64,000 nt of DNA from Gammaproteobacteria bacterium Ga0077536. GTDB taxonomy: Bacteria > Pseudomonadota > Gammaproteobacteria > Ga0077536. Of this stretch, positions 36,589 to 46,925 are shown piece by piece; the stretch's first letter is position 1; every line of letters starts with the position of its first letter. The translations under genes were made by a program, and so were the position numbers. The notes under the pieces were generated by a model that searched no databases, was not told where the DNA came from, and saw nothing but the letters and a program-made list of their open reading frames with translations. Where the stretch lies: the NCBI GenBank assembly GCA_001464935.1, contig LNEL01000046.1, forward strand, positions 3,590 to 67,589. Direction: 5' to 3'.

Positions 36589-37512
36589 ATGATCGATCTC
36601 GAGCTGCGTCGCCTGCTGAACCTGCGCGAGCCGGCCGAGCACGGGCGGCCCACCCATCTGAGTGCGGCGAGCGGGCTCGCGCGGATCGACGATCGGCTGT
36701 ATGTCGTCGCTGACGACGAGCTGCATCTCGGCGTCTTCACGCGCGGTGACGACAGGCCGGGCGAACTGCTGCGGATTGTCGACGGCACCCTGCCGGCCGC
36801 GCCGCCGGCGCGCAAGAAACACAAGCCCGACTTCGAAGCCCTGGTGCGGCTGCCGGTGTTCGACGGCTGCCCGTTCGGCGCGCTGCTGGCGCTGGGATCG
36901 GGGTCGAAGAAGCGCCGGCACGCGGGGGTGCTGATGCGCCTCGATGCGGGAAGGCGGCCGGTCGGCCCATGGCGCACGATCGACCTGACGCCACTCCATG
37001 ACGCGCTCGCGATGCGCGTCGACGACCTCAACATCGAAGGCGCGCTCGTGCTCGGGGACCGCTTCGTGCTGCTGCAGCGGGGCAATGACGGCGTGGCGGA
37101 CAACGCGTGCGTGCACTATGCGCTGGCACCGGTGCTGGCGTCGCTGGCGCGCAGTGACGAAATGGACGCGCTGGCACCGCGTGCGATCCTGGCGGTCGAT
37201 CTCGGCAGGCGCGAAGGCGTCACGCTCGGCTTCACCGATGGCGCCGCCCTGGCCGACGGCACGCTGGTCTTCAGCGCGGTCGCCGAACGCACCGACGACA
37301 GCTACCTCGACGGCCTGTGCGTGGGCGCGGTCGTCGGCGTGCTCGACAGCGGCGGCCGCGTGCTGCACCTCGACGACGTGACGCCGGGCTACAAGATCGA
37401 AGGCATCGCCGCGGACCGCACGCCGGCCGGCGTGCAGTTCCTCGCCGTCACCGATGCGGATGACGCCACGGTGCCGGCGCGCCTGGTGGCGGGCCTGCTG
37501 CGGAACGACTGA
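36589..37512 (+). CDS. Hypothetical beta-propeller-like protein (DUF6929/DUF3616-like)
   Basis: HLSAASGL..LYVVADD, KPDFEAL, LGSGS, LNIEGA, LQRGN, FTD, KIEGI, DAD. Confidence 0.7.
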   Translation: MIDLELRRLLNLREPAEHGRPTHLSAASGLARIDDRLYVVADDELHLGVFTRGDDRPGELLRIVDGTLPAAPPARKKHKPDFEALVRLPVFDGCPFGALLALGSGSKKRRHAGVLMRLDAGRRPVGPWRTIDLTPLHDALAMRVDDLNIEGALVLGDRFVLLQRGNDGVADNACVHYALAPVLASLARSDEMDALAPRAILAVDLGRREGVTLGFTDGAALADGTLVFSAVAERTDDSYLDGLCVGAVVGVLDSGGRVLHLDDVTPGYKIEGIAADRTPAGVQFLAVTDADDATVPARLVAGLLRND

Positions 37513-37554
37513 GCCAGCACACGTGTCGCGGCGTGGCGGTGCGCTGCGGACCGT

Positions 37555-37709
37555 CGTAACCCGGCTGCAGCGTAGCGAAATCCGGGATCGAAAACGGCAC
37601 CGTGTCGAACCGCAGCACCGTGCTCATCGTCTTGTAAGCCACAGGAGCCGGGGATGTTCAAAAGTGCCGCCGTGATCCTGGATTCCGCTTGCGCTTCATC
37701 CAGGCTACG
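37555..37709. repeat. REP family A doublet (REPIN)
   Basis: CGTAACCCGGCTGCAGCGTAGCGAAATCCGGGA ... TCCTGGATTCCGCTTGCGCTTCATCCAGGCTACG, between convergent genes. Confidence 0.8.
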
Positions 37710-37732
37710 ACGCGAGGCAGCGTCTGCCCGCC

Positions 37733-38698
37733 TCAAAGTCCTGCCCGATTGTGCGGGGCGCTGAGCCAGTTCTCGTAGAACATCGGGACGCGGGGAATGA
37801 TGCCACCGGGATTGCTGTGCGGAATCGAGTAATAGCCGCGCACGAAATGCGGCAGATTCACGAGGCCGGCGACGCCCGGGTGCTGGTAGAGCTCGCGCAG
37901 ATAGTGCGTGAGGTTCGGGTAGCTCGCGATCGGGCGCTGGTTGCAACGGAACAGCGCGTAGTACACCAGATCGAAACGCAGCAGGCTCGGCAACAGCCGC
38001 CAGTCGGCTTCGGTGATCTGCGCGCCGGCCAGGTAGCGTGCGTGGCCGAGGTGCTCATCGAGCCAGTCGAGGGTGCCGAACAGCAGATCGACCGCCTCCT
38101 CGTACGCCGCCTGGTCACGCGCGAAGCCGACGCGGTACACCCCGTTGTTGATGCCGTCGTAGACGCGCTGGTTGAGCGCGTCGATGGTCGGACGCAGCGC
38201 TGCCGGGTAGTAGTCCTCGTGCCGATCGGTGAACGCCTCGAAGGCGCTGTTCAGCATGCGGATGATCTCGGAGGACTCGTTGTTGACGATGGTCCGCGCC
38301 TGCCGGTCCCACAGCACCGGGACGGACACATTGCCGCTGTAGTCAGGCTGCGCGGCGGCATACACGCGGTGCAGGTGGGTAAAGCCTTCGCTGTCCGGCG
38401 CGCAGCCGCCGGGATAGTCGCCGAACTGCCAGCCATGGCGGCGGTCGTTCGGGATCGCGACGGTCATCGAGATCACGTCCTCGAGGCCCTTGAGCCGGCG
38501 GTACAGCATCGTGCGCCACGCCCACGGGCAGTGGTAGGCCACGTACAAATGATAGCGGCCGCGCGCGGCGGGGAAGCCCGAACTGCCGTCGGCCGTGATG
38601 GTCGCGCGGAACTTGCTCGGCTCGCGCACATAGCGCCCGGCCTCGAGCGGTATCATGGTGGCGTCTGCGTCCCAGACGCCGTTGATCAGCAATCCCAT
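37733..38698 (-). CDS. Glutathionyl-hydroquinone reductase (GST Xi class, YqjG-like)
   Basis: MGLLINGVW, GRYHLYV..CPWA.R, VPVLWD..IVNNESSEIIRM, NNGVY, TEADWRL..LLRFD.VY. Confidence 0.9.
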   Translation of the reverse strand: MGLLINGVWDADATMIPLEAGRYVREPSKFRATITADGSSGFPAARGRYHLYVAYHCPWAWRTMLYRRLKGLEDVISMTVAIPNDRRHGWQFGDYPGGCAPDSEGFTHLHRVYAAAQPDYSGNVSVPVLWDRQARTIVNNESSEIIRMLNSAFEAFTDRHEDYYPAALRPTIDALNQRVYDGINNGVYRVGFARDQAAYEEAVDLLFGTLDWLDEHLGHARYLAGAQITEADWRLLPSLLRFDLVYYALFRCNQRPIASYPNLTHYLRELYQHPGVAGLVNLPHFVRGYYSIPHSNPGGIIPRVPMFYENWLSAPHNRAGL

Positions 38699-38847
38699 CG
38701 TGTCGCGCTCCCGGCAAGGCGCCGCGCCAGCCGCGCGACGGGTTCACTATACCGAACGCCGGCACGGGAGCATCGATTCGACGGGCTGGGCCGTATCGCA
38801 GGCAATGACAACGCGCCATCCACGCGCGCCGGGGCCAGCTGCTCGCC

Positions 38848-39405
38848 ATGAACAAGCGCTTTCTCGATGACGAAGTCCGCTGGGCGGACTGGATGGCGCG
38901 CGCGCAGGCCGGCGATCGGGCGGTGTACGAGACGCTGCTGGCGGAGCTGGGCGTCGCGATCGAAACCTACATCCGCGTCCGCTTCGGGCCGATCGACGCC
39001 CTCGAAGACTGTGTGCAGGAATGCCTGATCGCCGTGCACGCGGCGCGCCAGACCTATGATCCGCGGCGCCTGTTCCGGCCGTGGCTGTTCACGATCGTGC
39101 GCCATCGCACCATCGACCTGCTGCGCCAGCGCCGCACCTGGCTGTCGATGCTCGATGCGTTCGGCGCGGAAGCCCAAGGCGATGAGCAGCCCGACCGCCT
39201 GCTGCGCCAGATCGACGGCGTGCGGATTCTCGAACAGCTCTCGCCCGATCATCGCGAGATGATCGCGCTGTCGAAGTACGGCGGCTACACCACGGCCGAG
39301 GCCGCTGATTATCTCGGGATCACGGAGAGTGCGGCGAAAGCCCGCCTGTTGCGCGCGCTCGCCGCGATTCGCACCCTGCTGGAAGCCGAAGGACTGCCCG
39401 CATGA
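38848..39405 (+). CDS. ECF RNA polymerase sigma factor
   Basis: W..M..AQAGD..Y..LL; ED.VQE.LIAVH...TYDP.R.FRPWL.TI; region 4 HTH. Confidence 0.9.
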   Translation: MNKRFLDDEVRWADWMARAQAGDRAVYETLLAELGVAIETYIRVRFGPIDALEDCVQECLIAVHAARQTYDPRRLFRPWLFTIVRHRTIDLLRQRRTWLSMLDAFGAEAQGDEQPDRLLRQIDGVRILEQLSPDHREMIALSKYGGYTTAEAADYLGITESAAKARLLRALAAIRTLLEAEGLPA

Positions 39406-40046
39406 CAGACACGCGCCGCACATTGATTTCGGCCCTCGCGGCCGATGCGCAGCCGGTGCAGCGCCCGGGCCGCACGGGCCGCATGACGCTGGCCTGGCTG
39501 GCGGCGGCCGGCGCGCTCGCCATCACCGGCCTGCTGCTGCACGCGCCGGCGACGGTCTTCCGCGGCCCGCTGCTGCTGACGTCCGCGCAGTTCCTGCTCG
39601 AATCCGTGCTGGGCACGCTCGCGATCCTGTGCCTCGGTCTCGCCGCGTTTCGCAGCGGCATCCCCGCGCCGCCGTCGCGGCGCGCGATCTGGCTGCCGCT
39701 GCTGCCCTTCGTCGCGTGGCTCGCCCTGCATGTCGTCGAACTGTGGCATCCGACTTTCGAGGCCTCGATGGTCGGCAAGCGCCTGCATTGCTGGCTCGAA
39801 GTGCTCGCGGTCGGACTGCCCGGACTCGTGATCGGCTGTTACGCGATCCGCCGCCGCCTGTGGCCGCTGCGTGGACGTCGCACGGGGGCGCTGCTCGGGC
39901 TCGCGAGCGGCGCGCTACCTGCACTCGCGATGCAGTTCATCTGCATCCACGAGCCGCAGCACATCCTCGCGTTTCATCTCGCGCCGATGGGCGTGCTGGG
40001 CCTCGTCGGTGCCGTGGTCGGGGCCAGGCTGTTGCGACGGTCCTGA
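39402..40046 (+). CDS. NrsF/DUF1109 membrane anti-sigma factor
   Basis: ATGA-coupled to the sigma factor; LI..LAAD..PV, several TM helices, C...H....H motif. Confidence 0.8.
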   Translation: MTDTRRTLISALAADAQPVQRPGRTGRMTLAWLAAAGALAITGLLLHAPATVFRGPLLLTSAQFLLESVLGTLAILCLGLAAFRSGIPAPPSRRAIWLPLLPFVAWLALHVVELWHPTFEASMVGKRLHCWLEVLAVGLPGLVIGCYAIRRRLWPLRGRRTGALLGLASGALPALAMQFICIHEPQHILAFHLAPMGVLGLVGAVVGARLLRRS

Positions 40047-40071
40047 ATCCCTGATCGCCATCCGCGCCGGT

Positions 40072-40200
40072 TGCAGGTTGGGCTGACGGAGGAAGCCTGA
40101 GATGAATTTCTCTGTGGCCAACCGGTGCCGCTCGGCGACGTGCCCGAGCACGGTCCGGTGGCGCGACGATGGCGCACGCATTGGGCCTCATGCGTCAGCC
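40072..40200. repeat. REP family B doublet (degenerate)
   Basis: GCAGGTTGGGCTGACGGAGGAAGCC ... TTGGGCCTCATGCGTCAGCC. Confidence 0.6.
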
Positions 40201-40251
40201 GCCAGGAAGCCCCTGCCTCATCCGGCCTCATGGAAGCCCGGTGTCGCCTGA

Positions 40252-40398
40252 CGTAGCCCGGATGCAGCATCGCGGAATCCGGGATCGGGTGTTTGCTCGG
40301 CGTTGAACCGCGGCAGCCCGACGCCAGGTCGCGAGTGCCGGGGATAAGCGGCGGCGCCGCCGCGGTCCCGGATTGCGCTGCGCTTCATCCGGGCTACG
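40252..40398. repeat. REP family A doublet (REPIN)
   Basis: CGTAGCCCGGATGCAGCATCGCGGAATCCGGGA ... TCCCGGATTGCGCTGCGCTTCATCCGGGCTACG. Confidence 0.8.
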
Positions 40399-40662
40399 AG
40401 AGGCCATGCGCGCGCTGCCGCCGGGCGACACGAGGGCGCCGGACAGGTCAGTTGCACAGCAACCTGTACGATGAGCCGAAATTCTTTCGCCCACACTCGA
40501 GGCGAGTCATCGATCGTTACGCTCAGCCATTGAATCTCAGCTGAAGTGGCCGTGCCCTGCGTCGTTTGCAGCAGGGCGCCCGTATCGGGAGTGGTGGCGT
40601 CAGCCGCGCGGGCAAGCGCGGCAACGCCGGCATCCATTCCCACAGCCGGAGAGAGAAATCCC

Positions 40663-41442
40663 ATGCGTTACATCATTCCCGCGGTCGCCACGGTGGCGGC
40701 CCTGCTGCCCCTGGCGTCCCAGGCCGCCCTCGTCAATCTGACAATCAAAGTCGAAAACCTCGCGCCGACCAACAGCGTCGCTTTCGCGCCGCTGCGCGTG
40801 GGCCTGCACAACGGTTCATTCGATGCGTTCAATCTTGGCGACACCGCGAGTGCGGCGATCATCTCTGTCGCCGAAGGCGGCAGTGGCGCTGATTGGTTTC
40901 CGGCTTTCGCTGCAGCCGATCCGACGGCCGTGCTCGGCAGCGTGCTGCCGAATCCGGCCGGCCCGCTGCTGCCCGGCGCGAGCGGCACCGCCAGCTTCAC
41001 CATCGACACCGATGTGAACCCGTTCTTCACGTTCGCGGCGATGGTGGTGCCGAGCAACGACTTCTTCATCGGCAATGACTCGCCAACCGAGTATCGCCTG
41101 TTCGACATGGACGGCAATCTGCAGATTTCGAGCATCACGCAGCATGCGCGCGATGTGTGGGACGCGGGGTCGGAGGTGTTCGATGCGGCGGCGGCGGCGT
41201 TCGTCGGCAACAACGGTCTGCGCGCCGATCAGAATTCCGTGGTCGCGTTCAACTTCGCCGAATTGGCCGCCTTCAACGGTCTCACGACCGGTGCAGGCTA
41301 CCTGTTCGACAGCCAGTTGGCCGCGGACAGCGCGATTTACCGGATCTCCTTCGAGACTTCGCCGGTGCCCGTGCCGGCGGCGCTGCCGCTGCTGCTCGGG
41401 GGGCTGGGCCTGCTCGGGACCATGGTGAGAAAGCGGGCTTGA
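40663..41442 (+). CDS. Spondin_N-domain protein with VPLPA/PEP-CTERM tail
   Basis: VENLAP..P..H.GSFD.F..AEGG, AAMVVPSNDFFIGN, WDAGSE; ends PVPVPAALPLLLGGLGLLGTMVRKRA. Confidence 0.88.
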   Translation: MRYIIPAVATVAALLPLASQAALVNLTIKVENLAPTNSVAFAPLRVGLHNGSFDAFNLGDTASAAIISVAEGGSGADWFPAFAAADPTAVLGSVLPNPAGPLLPGASGTASFTIDTDVNPFFTFAAMVVPSNDFFIGNDSPTEYRLFDMDGNLQISSITQHARDVWDAGSEVFDAAAAAFVGNNGLRADQNSVVAFNFAELAAFNGLTTGAGYLFDSQLAADSAIYRISFETSPVPVPAALPLLLGGLGLLGTMVRKRA

Positions 41443-41457
41443 GCGTTCGCGAGCGGC

Positions 41458-42258
41458 TCAGTCGATGCTGACGGCGCGGCGTTGCCGCGTATGGCTGACG
41501 GCCTGCGGTGCCTCGGTGCGGCGGCGGTTCGCGGCCTTTGCGTCATAGAGTGCGCGATCGGCGAGGCTCATCGCCTCGTCGATCGCGATCCCGCCCGCCA
41601 CCGGGCAGAGCCCCAGGCTCGCATTGACGACGAGCGCCGGCGTGACCGCGATGTTCGTGCACGCGGCCCGCAGCGCATCTGACACCACCGGCACCTGCGC
41701 CTGCGGGACGTTCAGGCACAGCGCGAATTCGTCGCCGCCGACCCGCCCCACGACACCATAGGTCCCTGCCGCGTGCTGCAACCGGTGCGCAACGCGCACC
41801 AGCGCGAGATCGCCGGCGCCGTGGCCATGCGCATCGTTGATCTGCTTGAAGCGATCGAGATCGACCATGCCGATCAGCGTCTGCTCGCCGTCGGCGGCTG
41901 TTACCAGCAAGCCGGTCGCGAGCTCGAAGTACTGGCGACGGTTCGCGATGCCGGTCAGCGCATCGGTGGACGCCAGCGTATGCAGTTCCTCGAAAGCCGC
42001 GGCCAGCCCGTGCAGCAAGCGCACGACCACGATGCTGACGACAGGCGCCACCAGCAGCGGGATCAGCGTGGCGATGGCGAGCGCGTAGGCCTTGAACGTC
42101 GCGTCGACCGGTGGAGCCCCAAAGCTCAGCGCCGTGACACCCAGCGACAGCGCGACCGACACGCCGGTGATCGCGGCCACCACGATACCGGTGCCGAACG
42201 TCCGCGACAGGTGCAGCAGACGCTGCTGGAGGGGACTGAGTTTGTTTCCGAACGGCAT
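41458..42258 (-). CDS. Membrane diguanylate cyclase (GGDEF)
   Basis: Two TM helices; TDALTGIANRR, DLDRFKQINDAHGHGAGD, RVGGDEF, ADRALYDAK. Confidence 0.92.
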   Translation of the reverse strand: MPFGNKLSPLQQRLLHLSRTFGTGIVVAAITGVSVALSLGVTALSFGAPPVDATFKAYALAIATLIPLLVAPVVSIVVVRLLHGLAAAFEELHTLASTDALTGIANRRQYFELATGLLVTAADGEQTLIGMVDLDRFKQINDAHGHGAGDLALVRVAHRLQHAAGTYGVVGRVGGDEFALCLNVPQAQVPVVSDALRAACTNIAVTPALVVNASLGLCPVAGGIAIDEAMSLADRALYDAKAANRRRTEAPQAVSHTRQRRAVSID

Positions 42259-42287
42259 GCTCCGGTAGCGGCCGCGGGACGAATCGC

Positions 42288-43076
42288 TTGAAGCGCACGC
42301 TGACCATGCCCCGTCTCGGGCAGCCCTTGGCGGCCACACCGTCGCGTGACGGTGCGTTCGTGTCGTCGAGCATGACTGCTGCGGGCGTGTGCGCCGTCGG
42401 GGTCAGCGGCACGCTGCAGTCGTTGCGGGACGGGGATCGCGGCGCGCTGTTCGCGCTCGCATCCTGGGAGACGCCGTTGCGTGACGCCGGGGAAGGGTCT
42501 GGCTTCTTCGGGATGCATCGCCGGATCCCGCGGATGAAACTCGTGCTGGTCGAGGACTTGGACGACCCGGCGAAGTTGTTCGCCCGCTACGTTGCAGCCA
42601 GCGGCGTCTCGGTCAGCCTCATTGCCCGTCATCTGGACCTGCGGAGAACGGGGGGTATCGTCGAGACTCTCCTGGACCCGCGCCTGGTGAGAAATGACGA
42701 TGGCACGGGCGGACTGCGTGTCGCGCCCTTCGAAGTCGAGGTCTCGTCCTTGGTTCCGCTGCAGCCCGGTGAAACCGTGGTCCTGGAGTACTGGATGCTC
42801 GCGCACCTGGCCAGTGTCGGACACGAGACTGCAGACGGCATCGCCGGCGGCCATGTGTTCGTCGGAGACCCCTTCGACCTGACGGCGAGCGCGCAGGGAA
42901 AGATCACCGTGCCAGGGGTAAGCGCGGTGCCGTTGCCTGGCATGTCGGGGAGGCTCGCCGTAGGCGTGTTCACCCTGTGGCTGCGCGCCAGACGCGCCCG
43001 TCATTCCGGCCTTGTCTTACGGCTCGCCAACCAGCCCGGTCGCCACGAAACCGCCACCGTGACGGTTTGGTCATGA
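42288..43076 (+). CDS. Hypothetical protein with PEP-CTERM-like tail, probably an N-terminally truncated remnant
   Basis: ...VGDPFDL..VSAVPLPG..LAVGVFTLWLRARRAR; no clear signal peptide or start. Confidence 0.4.
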   Translation: MKRTLTMPRLGQPLAATPSRDGAFVSSSMTAAGVCAVGVSGTLQSLRDGDRGALFALASWETPLRDAGEGSGFFGMHRRIPRMKLVLVEDLDDPAKLFARYVAASGVSVSLIARHLDLRRTGGIVETLLDPRLVRNDDGTGGLRVAPFEVEVSSLVPLQPGETVVLEYWMLAHLASVGHETADGIAGGHVFVGDPFDLTASAQGKITVPGVSAVPLPGMSGRLAVGVFTLWLRARRARHSGLVLRLANQPGRHETATVTVWS

Positions 43077-44061
43077 CCAGCAGCGCAGACGCGAAGAGCA
43101 CGAATCCGCCGGGGACGGGGATGGGTGATGCAGGGACTATCGCGTGACGAAAATCGGCGCCCGTGCCTGAAAAGGCCGTGAATTCGGTGACCGGGTTGCC
43201 GGCAGCGTCGCGCAGATTGCTGACACCGGCCCAGGTGATCGTATTGCGGAAATCGCTCACGAAGGACGTTGCGGATGGCAATCCTGCATTGTTCGGCCCG
43301 CCAGTCGAACCTGAAGAAGCGAGCGCCTCCGTTTCGAGCACGACGAAGTAGTTGAAGGGCATGCCATAAACAAAGCTCAGCTCGCCACCCATGATTTCAT
43401 TGTCGAGACCCACCGCCGGGATGTCCTGAGCACGCCCTCTGTTCTCAGCACGGAGCGGAAAGTTCTGTGTCACCGTGTTGATCGCAAAAAGACTGACGGC
43501 GATATTCGCCCCGCCGGCAGCCGCGAAATTGCTGCCGGCGGGGGCATCACGGCCGGCCGAAAGAACCCCTTCAACCAGAAAGCCGAGATCCGCGAAACCG
43601 ACCGTTCCGGTCAAAGCGGGGTTGTTGATGACGATGGTGTCGAGTACCTCAGCGCGTAGCCCGAAACGTGCATGACCACTCCAGGCCTCGCGCGCAGGTG
43701 CTCCAAATCTGGCACTGCTGGCCACGGCGCCGATACGCATCCAGCCGTCGCCGACACGGGCAACCACATCGGCGGCATCACCGAAGGGCGTTGCGTAAGC
43801 GAAGCTGTGGGTGACATTGTTCGTCAGCGCCTGGTTGAAGAACACCGTGTCCCCACCCGATTGAATGGGCTCACCATCGGGAAAATAGGCGAATGTCGCC
43901 CCGACATAACCATCGATAGTGGCGCTTAGCGCTGCCGAAGCCTCAGGCGCTACGCATGACAACAACGCACTGAAGCAGAATGCGCGCGTGAATATCGCTG
44001 AACCAGTCATTAGGGTCACGACACTCTCTCCACGAAAAAAATCGGCTTTGATCGAGTTCAT
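42970..44061 (-). CDS. Exported protein with PEP-CTERM-like tail
   Basis: Signal-like RAFCFSALLSCVAPEASA; DFRNTITWAGV..SGTGADF; PIPVPGGFVLFASALLVM..RWRFR. Start uncertain. Confidence 0.7.
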   Translation of the reverse strand: MNSIKADFFRGESVVTLMTGSAIFTRAFCFSALLSCVAPEASAALSATIDGYVGATFAYFPDGEPIQSGGDTVFFNQALTNNVTHSFAYATPFGDAADVVARVGDGWMRIGAVASSARFGAPAREAWSGHARFGLRAEVLDTIVINNPALTGTVGFADLGFLVEGVLSAGRDAPAGSNFAAAGGANIAVSLFAINTVTQNFPLRAENRGRAQDIPAVGLDNEIMGGELSFVYGMPFNYFVVLETEALASSGSTGGPNNAGLPSATSFVSDFRNTITWAGVSNLRDAAGNPVTEFTAFSGTGADFRHAIVPASPIPVPGGFVLFASALLVMTKPSRWRFRGDRAGWRAVRQGRNDGRVWRAATG

Positions 44062-44172
44062 TCAACGCCTGACTGCGTTCGTCGATCACCAGGCGCTGAT
44101 AAACATTGCTGGCCTCCACCGTGCGCCTGTCCGCGGCCGCTTCGTATCCCATGAACTGGGGATATTGCGGGC

Positions 44173-45930
44173 CTAGTCGTCGGTTGGAATGACGATTCGC
44201 ACGCAACTGCCCGGTGCGCGCGCGTCGATGCTCACGCGGGCGCCAATGCGCGCGGCGCGCGCCGCGAGATTGGCGAGGCCGTGGCCTTGGCGATGATCGG
44301 GCGCGAAGCCCTGGCCGTTGTCGGCGACGTAGAGCTCGATGCCGTCGTCCGTGCACACGGCACCGAGCGCGATCTGCGTCGCCTGTGCGTGGCGCAGTGC
44401 ATTGCCGAGCGCTTCTTCCAGCATGCGCAGCACATCGAGAATTTCGTGCGGGCCGAAGTGTGGCAGTGTCGGCAGATCGGCCGGCTGCCAGTGGAGTGTG
44501 ATGCCACTGCCGCGCAGGCGCCCTTCGGCACGGTGGCGAAAGGTCGCAAAGGCCGTGGCGAGATCTCCTTCGCCGATATCCAGGGCATCGACGATCAGCC
44601 GCAGATCGGCCAGCACCTGGCGCACCGTGGATTGGATCGGGCCCGGCACCAGCGGCACGCCGGCAGTGCGCGCCAGCAGCCCGACGAGCTGGCCGCCGAC
44701 GCTGTCGTGGATGTCACGCGCAATGCGTTCCCGTTCGGCGGCCACCGCATGCTGACGTTCGAGTCGCCGGATTTCGTCGTGCTGTTGCGCGAGCTCGGCG
44801 GACTTTGCCGTCACGCGCCGGTCGAGTTCCCGGTTCAGGGCCTCGGCGTCTTCCAGCGTCGCGACGAAGCGCCGCGCCAACAGCACGCTGAAGACGACCA
44901 GTGAATAGGCCGCCGCGTAATGCAGCGTGTAGCCATAGCGCCAGGACGCGAGGCCGCTTGCAATCAACGCATCGTGCGCGCCGTACAGCACCATCACATG
45001 ACCGCTGGACGCCAGCACGTGCAGCGCCGCGCCGCGCTGGCGCCACGCGGCCACTGCAATGTAGAGGTTCAGGTAAGTACCGAGCACCAGCACGGCCGGA
45101 TTCCACAGGTAGATGCCGACCTTGTGCAGCAGCGGTTCGGGCAGCACGAACAGGCCGGCGCCGACGATCCCGACGAAAGCGGCCGCGCTGCGTTCGATAC
45201 GTGGCCGCGTGACGCCGAGATAGCGATGGATGAACCAGGTGGTCGCGACCAGGAACAGGCCCAGCGTGAAGTAGGCGAGTGCGTCCCACAGGCGGGTCGC
45301 GAACGGCGGATCGACGATGACGAAATTCAGGTTGTGCACGCCCCACGCCCGGCGCAGCCACCAGATGAGCCCCATCACACCGCTGATCGCGAACATCGCG
45401 GTCACGACGATCTGCACCAGCGTATGGCGCAGGAAGTTCAGGCGCCGCGCCACCGGTTGCAACGCCGTGTACGGGCCCAGCAACGGTGCGGCGAGATAGC
45501 CCGTGCCGCGCGGCTCGGCGGCGAGGATGATTTCCAGACGATTGTCGCCGGCGACCAGCAGCGCCGCCGGGATCGAGAACAGCAACGCCTGCGTCCACAG
45601 GCGCGACACCGGCGGCTCGAGCCGGCCGCGCGGCGCGAGCGCGACGCCGTTGACGATCACCGCTGCGTTCATCCGCACCGACGGCAACAAGAGGGCCCAG
45701 GCCGACTCCGGTGCAACGGGCAGCGTGTGCTGCAGCACGTAGCGGGTGCGGGTGAGCTCGGGCGCGGTCTGGTGCCAGTCTTCCGGCAGCGTCACCGGAC
45801 GACTCTCACGCAGCGCCGCGACCAGGGCTGTCGCACCGGCCGGCACCGGCGCGTCGATCAGGAACACCAGCGAGGCCACGCCGAGGATCAGCAGGTGCGC
45901 GAGTATCCACGCGATGACCTGGCGCCTCAC
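44173..45930 (-). CDS. Multi-TM sensor histidine kinase (HisKA_3 type)
   Basis: Periplasmic LPEDW domain, several TMs, ERERIARDIHDSVG, EALGNALRHA, DNGQGF..GHGL.N; GTG overlaps the response-regulator stop. Confidence 0.88.
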   Translation of the reverse strand: MRRQVIAWILAHLLILGVASLVFLIDAPVPAGATALVAALRESRPVTLPEDWHQTAPELTRTRYVLQHTLPVAPESAWALLLPSVRMNAAVIVNGVALAPRGRLEPPVSRLWTQALLFSIPAALLVAGDNRLEIILAAEPRGTGYLAAPLLGPYTALQPVARRLNFLRHTLVQIVVTAMFAISGVMGLIWWLRRAWGVHNLNFVIVDPPFATRLWDALAYFTLGLFLVATTWFIHRYLGVTRPRIERSAAAFVGIVGAGLFVLPEPLLHKVGIYLWNPAVLVLGTYLNLYIAVAAWRQRGAALHVLASSGHVMVLYGAHDALIASGLASWRYGYTLHYAAAYSLVVFSVLLARRFVATLEDAEALNRELDRRVTAKSAELAQQHDEIRRLERQHAVAAERERIARDIHDSVGGQLVGLLARTAGVPLVPGPIQSTVRQVLADLRLIVDALDIGEGDLATAFATFRHRAEGRLRGSGITLHWQPADLPTLPHFGPHEILDVLRMLEEALGNALRHAQATQIALGAVCTDDGIELYVADNGQGFAPDHRQGHGLANLAARAARIGARVSIDARAPGSCVRIVIPTDD

Positions 45931-46604
45931 GGGTGTCGCAGCAAGCCCCGCTGGTAGGCTTCGAATACCGCCGCACCCCGCGAACTGACCGCGAGCTTGC
46001 GATAGATGTGCTTCACGTGGGTGGCCACCGTGTGTGCCGATACATGCAGCAGTGCCGCCGTTTCGGCGTAGGTGTGCCCCTTCGCCAGGCGTTCCAGCAC
46101 GTCGGCCTCGCGCTCGGTCAGCAGATCCGGACTCGCTGCCGGCGGGCTCTGCCAGCGCTTCAGGATATGACGTGCAATGCCGGGGCTGATCGGCGAGCCA
46201 CCCTGCGCGAGGGCCACGATCGCCTCGGCGATGTCCGCCGCACTGTCGTCCTTCAGCAGGTAGCCGGTCGCGCCGGCCTCGATCGCGCCGATCACCCGCC
46301 GCTCGGTGCCGAAGACCGAAATCACCATGCACTCGCAGTCGGCGTACAGCTGTTTCACCGTCCGGATGAGATCCGTGCCATCGCCATCCGGCAGTGCGAG
46401 ATCGGTCACCAGCACATCCGGTACCTGCTGCTGCAGAGCGGCGCGCGCCGCGGCGCAATCGGCACAAGCCGCGAGCAGGCACAGCCGTGCATCTGCGCGG
46501 ATCGCCTCGGCGAGATAGGCGCGGGTCGCCGGCTCGTCTTCGACCAGCAGCACGCGACAGGGAGTCGCCAGCGACGCAGCGTCATCGGTGGGATCAACGG
46601 ACAT
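45927..46604 (-). CDS. NarL/LuxR-family response regulator
   Basis: LLVEDE, DVLVTDLALPDGDG, GATGYLLKD, LTERE.DVL..HVKHIYRKLAV. Confidence 0.93.
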   Translation of the reverse strand: MSVDPTDDAASLATPCRVLLVEDEPATRAYLAEAIRADARLCLLAACADCAAARAALQQQVPDVLVTDLALPDGDGTDLIRTVKQLYADCECMVISVFGTERRVIGAIEAGATGYLLKDDSAADIAEAIVALAQGGSPISPGIARHILKRWQSPPAASPDLLTEREADVLERLAKGHTYAETAALLHVSAHTVATHVKHIYRKLAVSSRGAAVFEAYQRGLLRHP

Positions 46605-46925
46605 GGACAGACCTGATGCGGTGCTGATCCATCATGCATGCGCAGCGACGGGCACGACAAGAATGGCGATCCCGTTGTCGTTGCGCACCGCGTCATTGCG
46701 CGCGGCCTGTCGGCGCCGGACGCAAGGCGCGCAAAGCATGAGATGGATCAAGACTCTCGGCGCGGGTTCTGCGAGCGTTTCGCCGTGCCGGGCGCGATTG
46801 CGCTCGCCTAGCGGCCGCGCGCCGCGGCGAGGACCCCGGTCGATCAGCCAACCAACGGGTTCGGGACACGCGCGCACGGCGGGCGGTCATTCGAAGCGAA
46901 CCCGCCAACCAGGGGAGCAACCACC

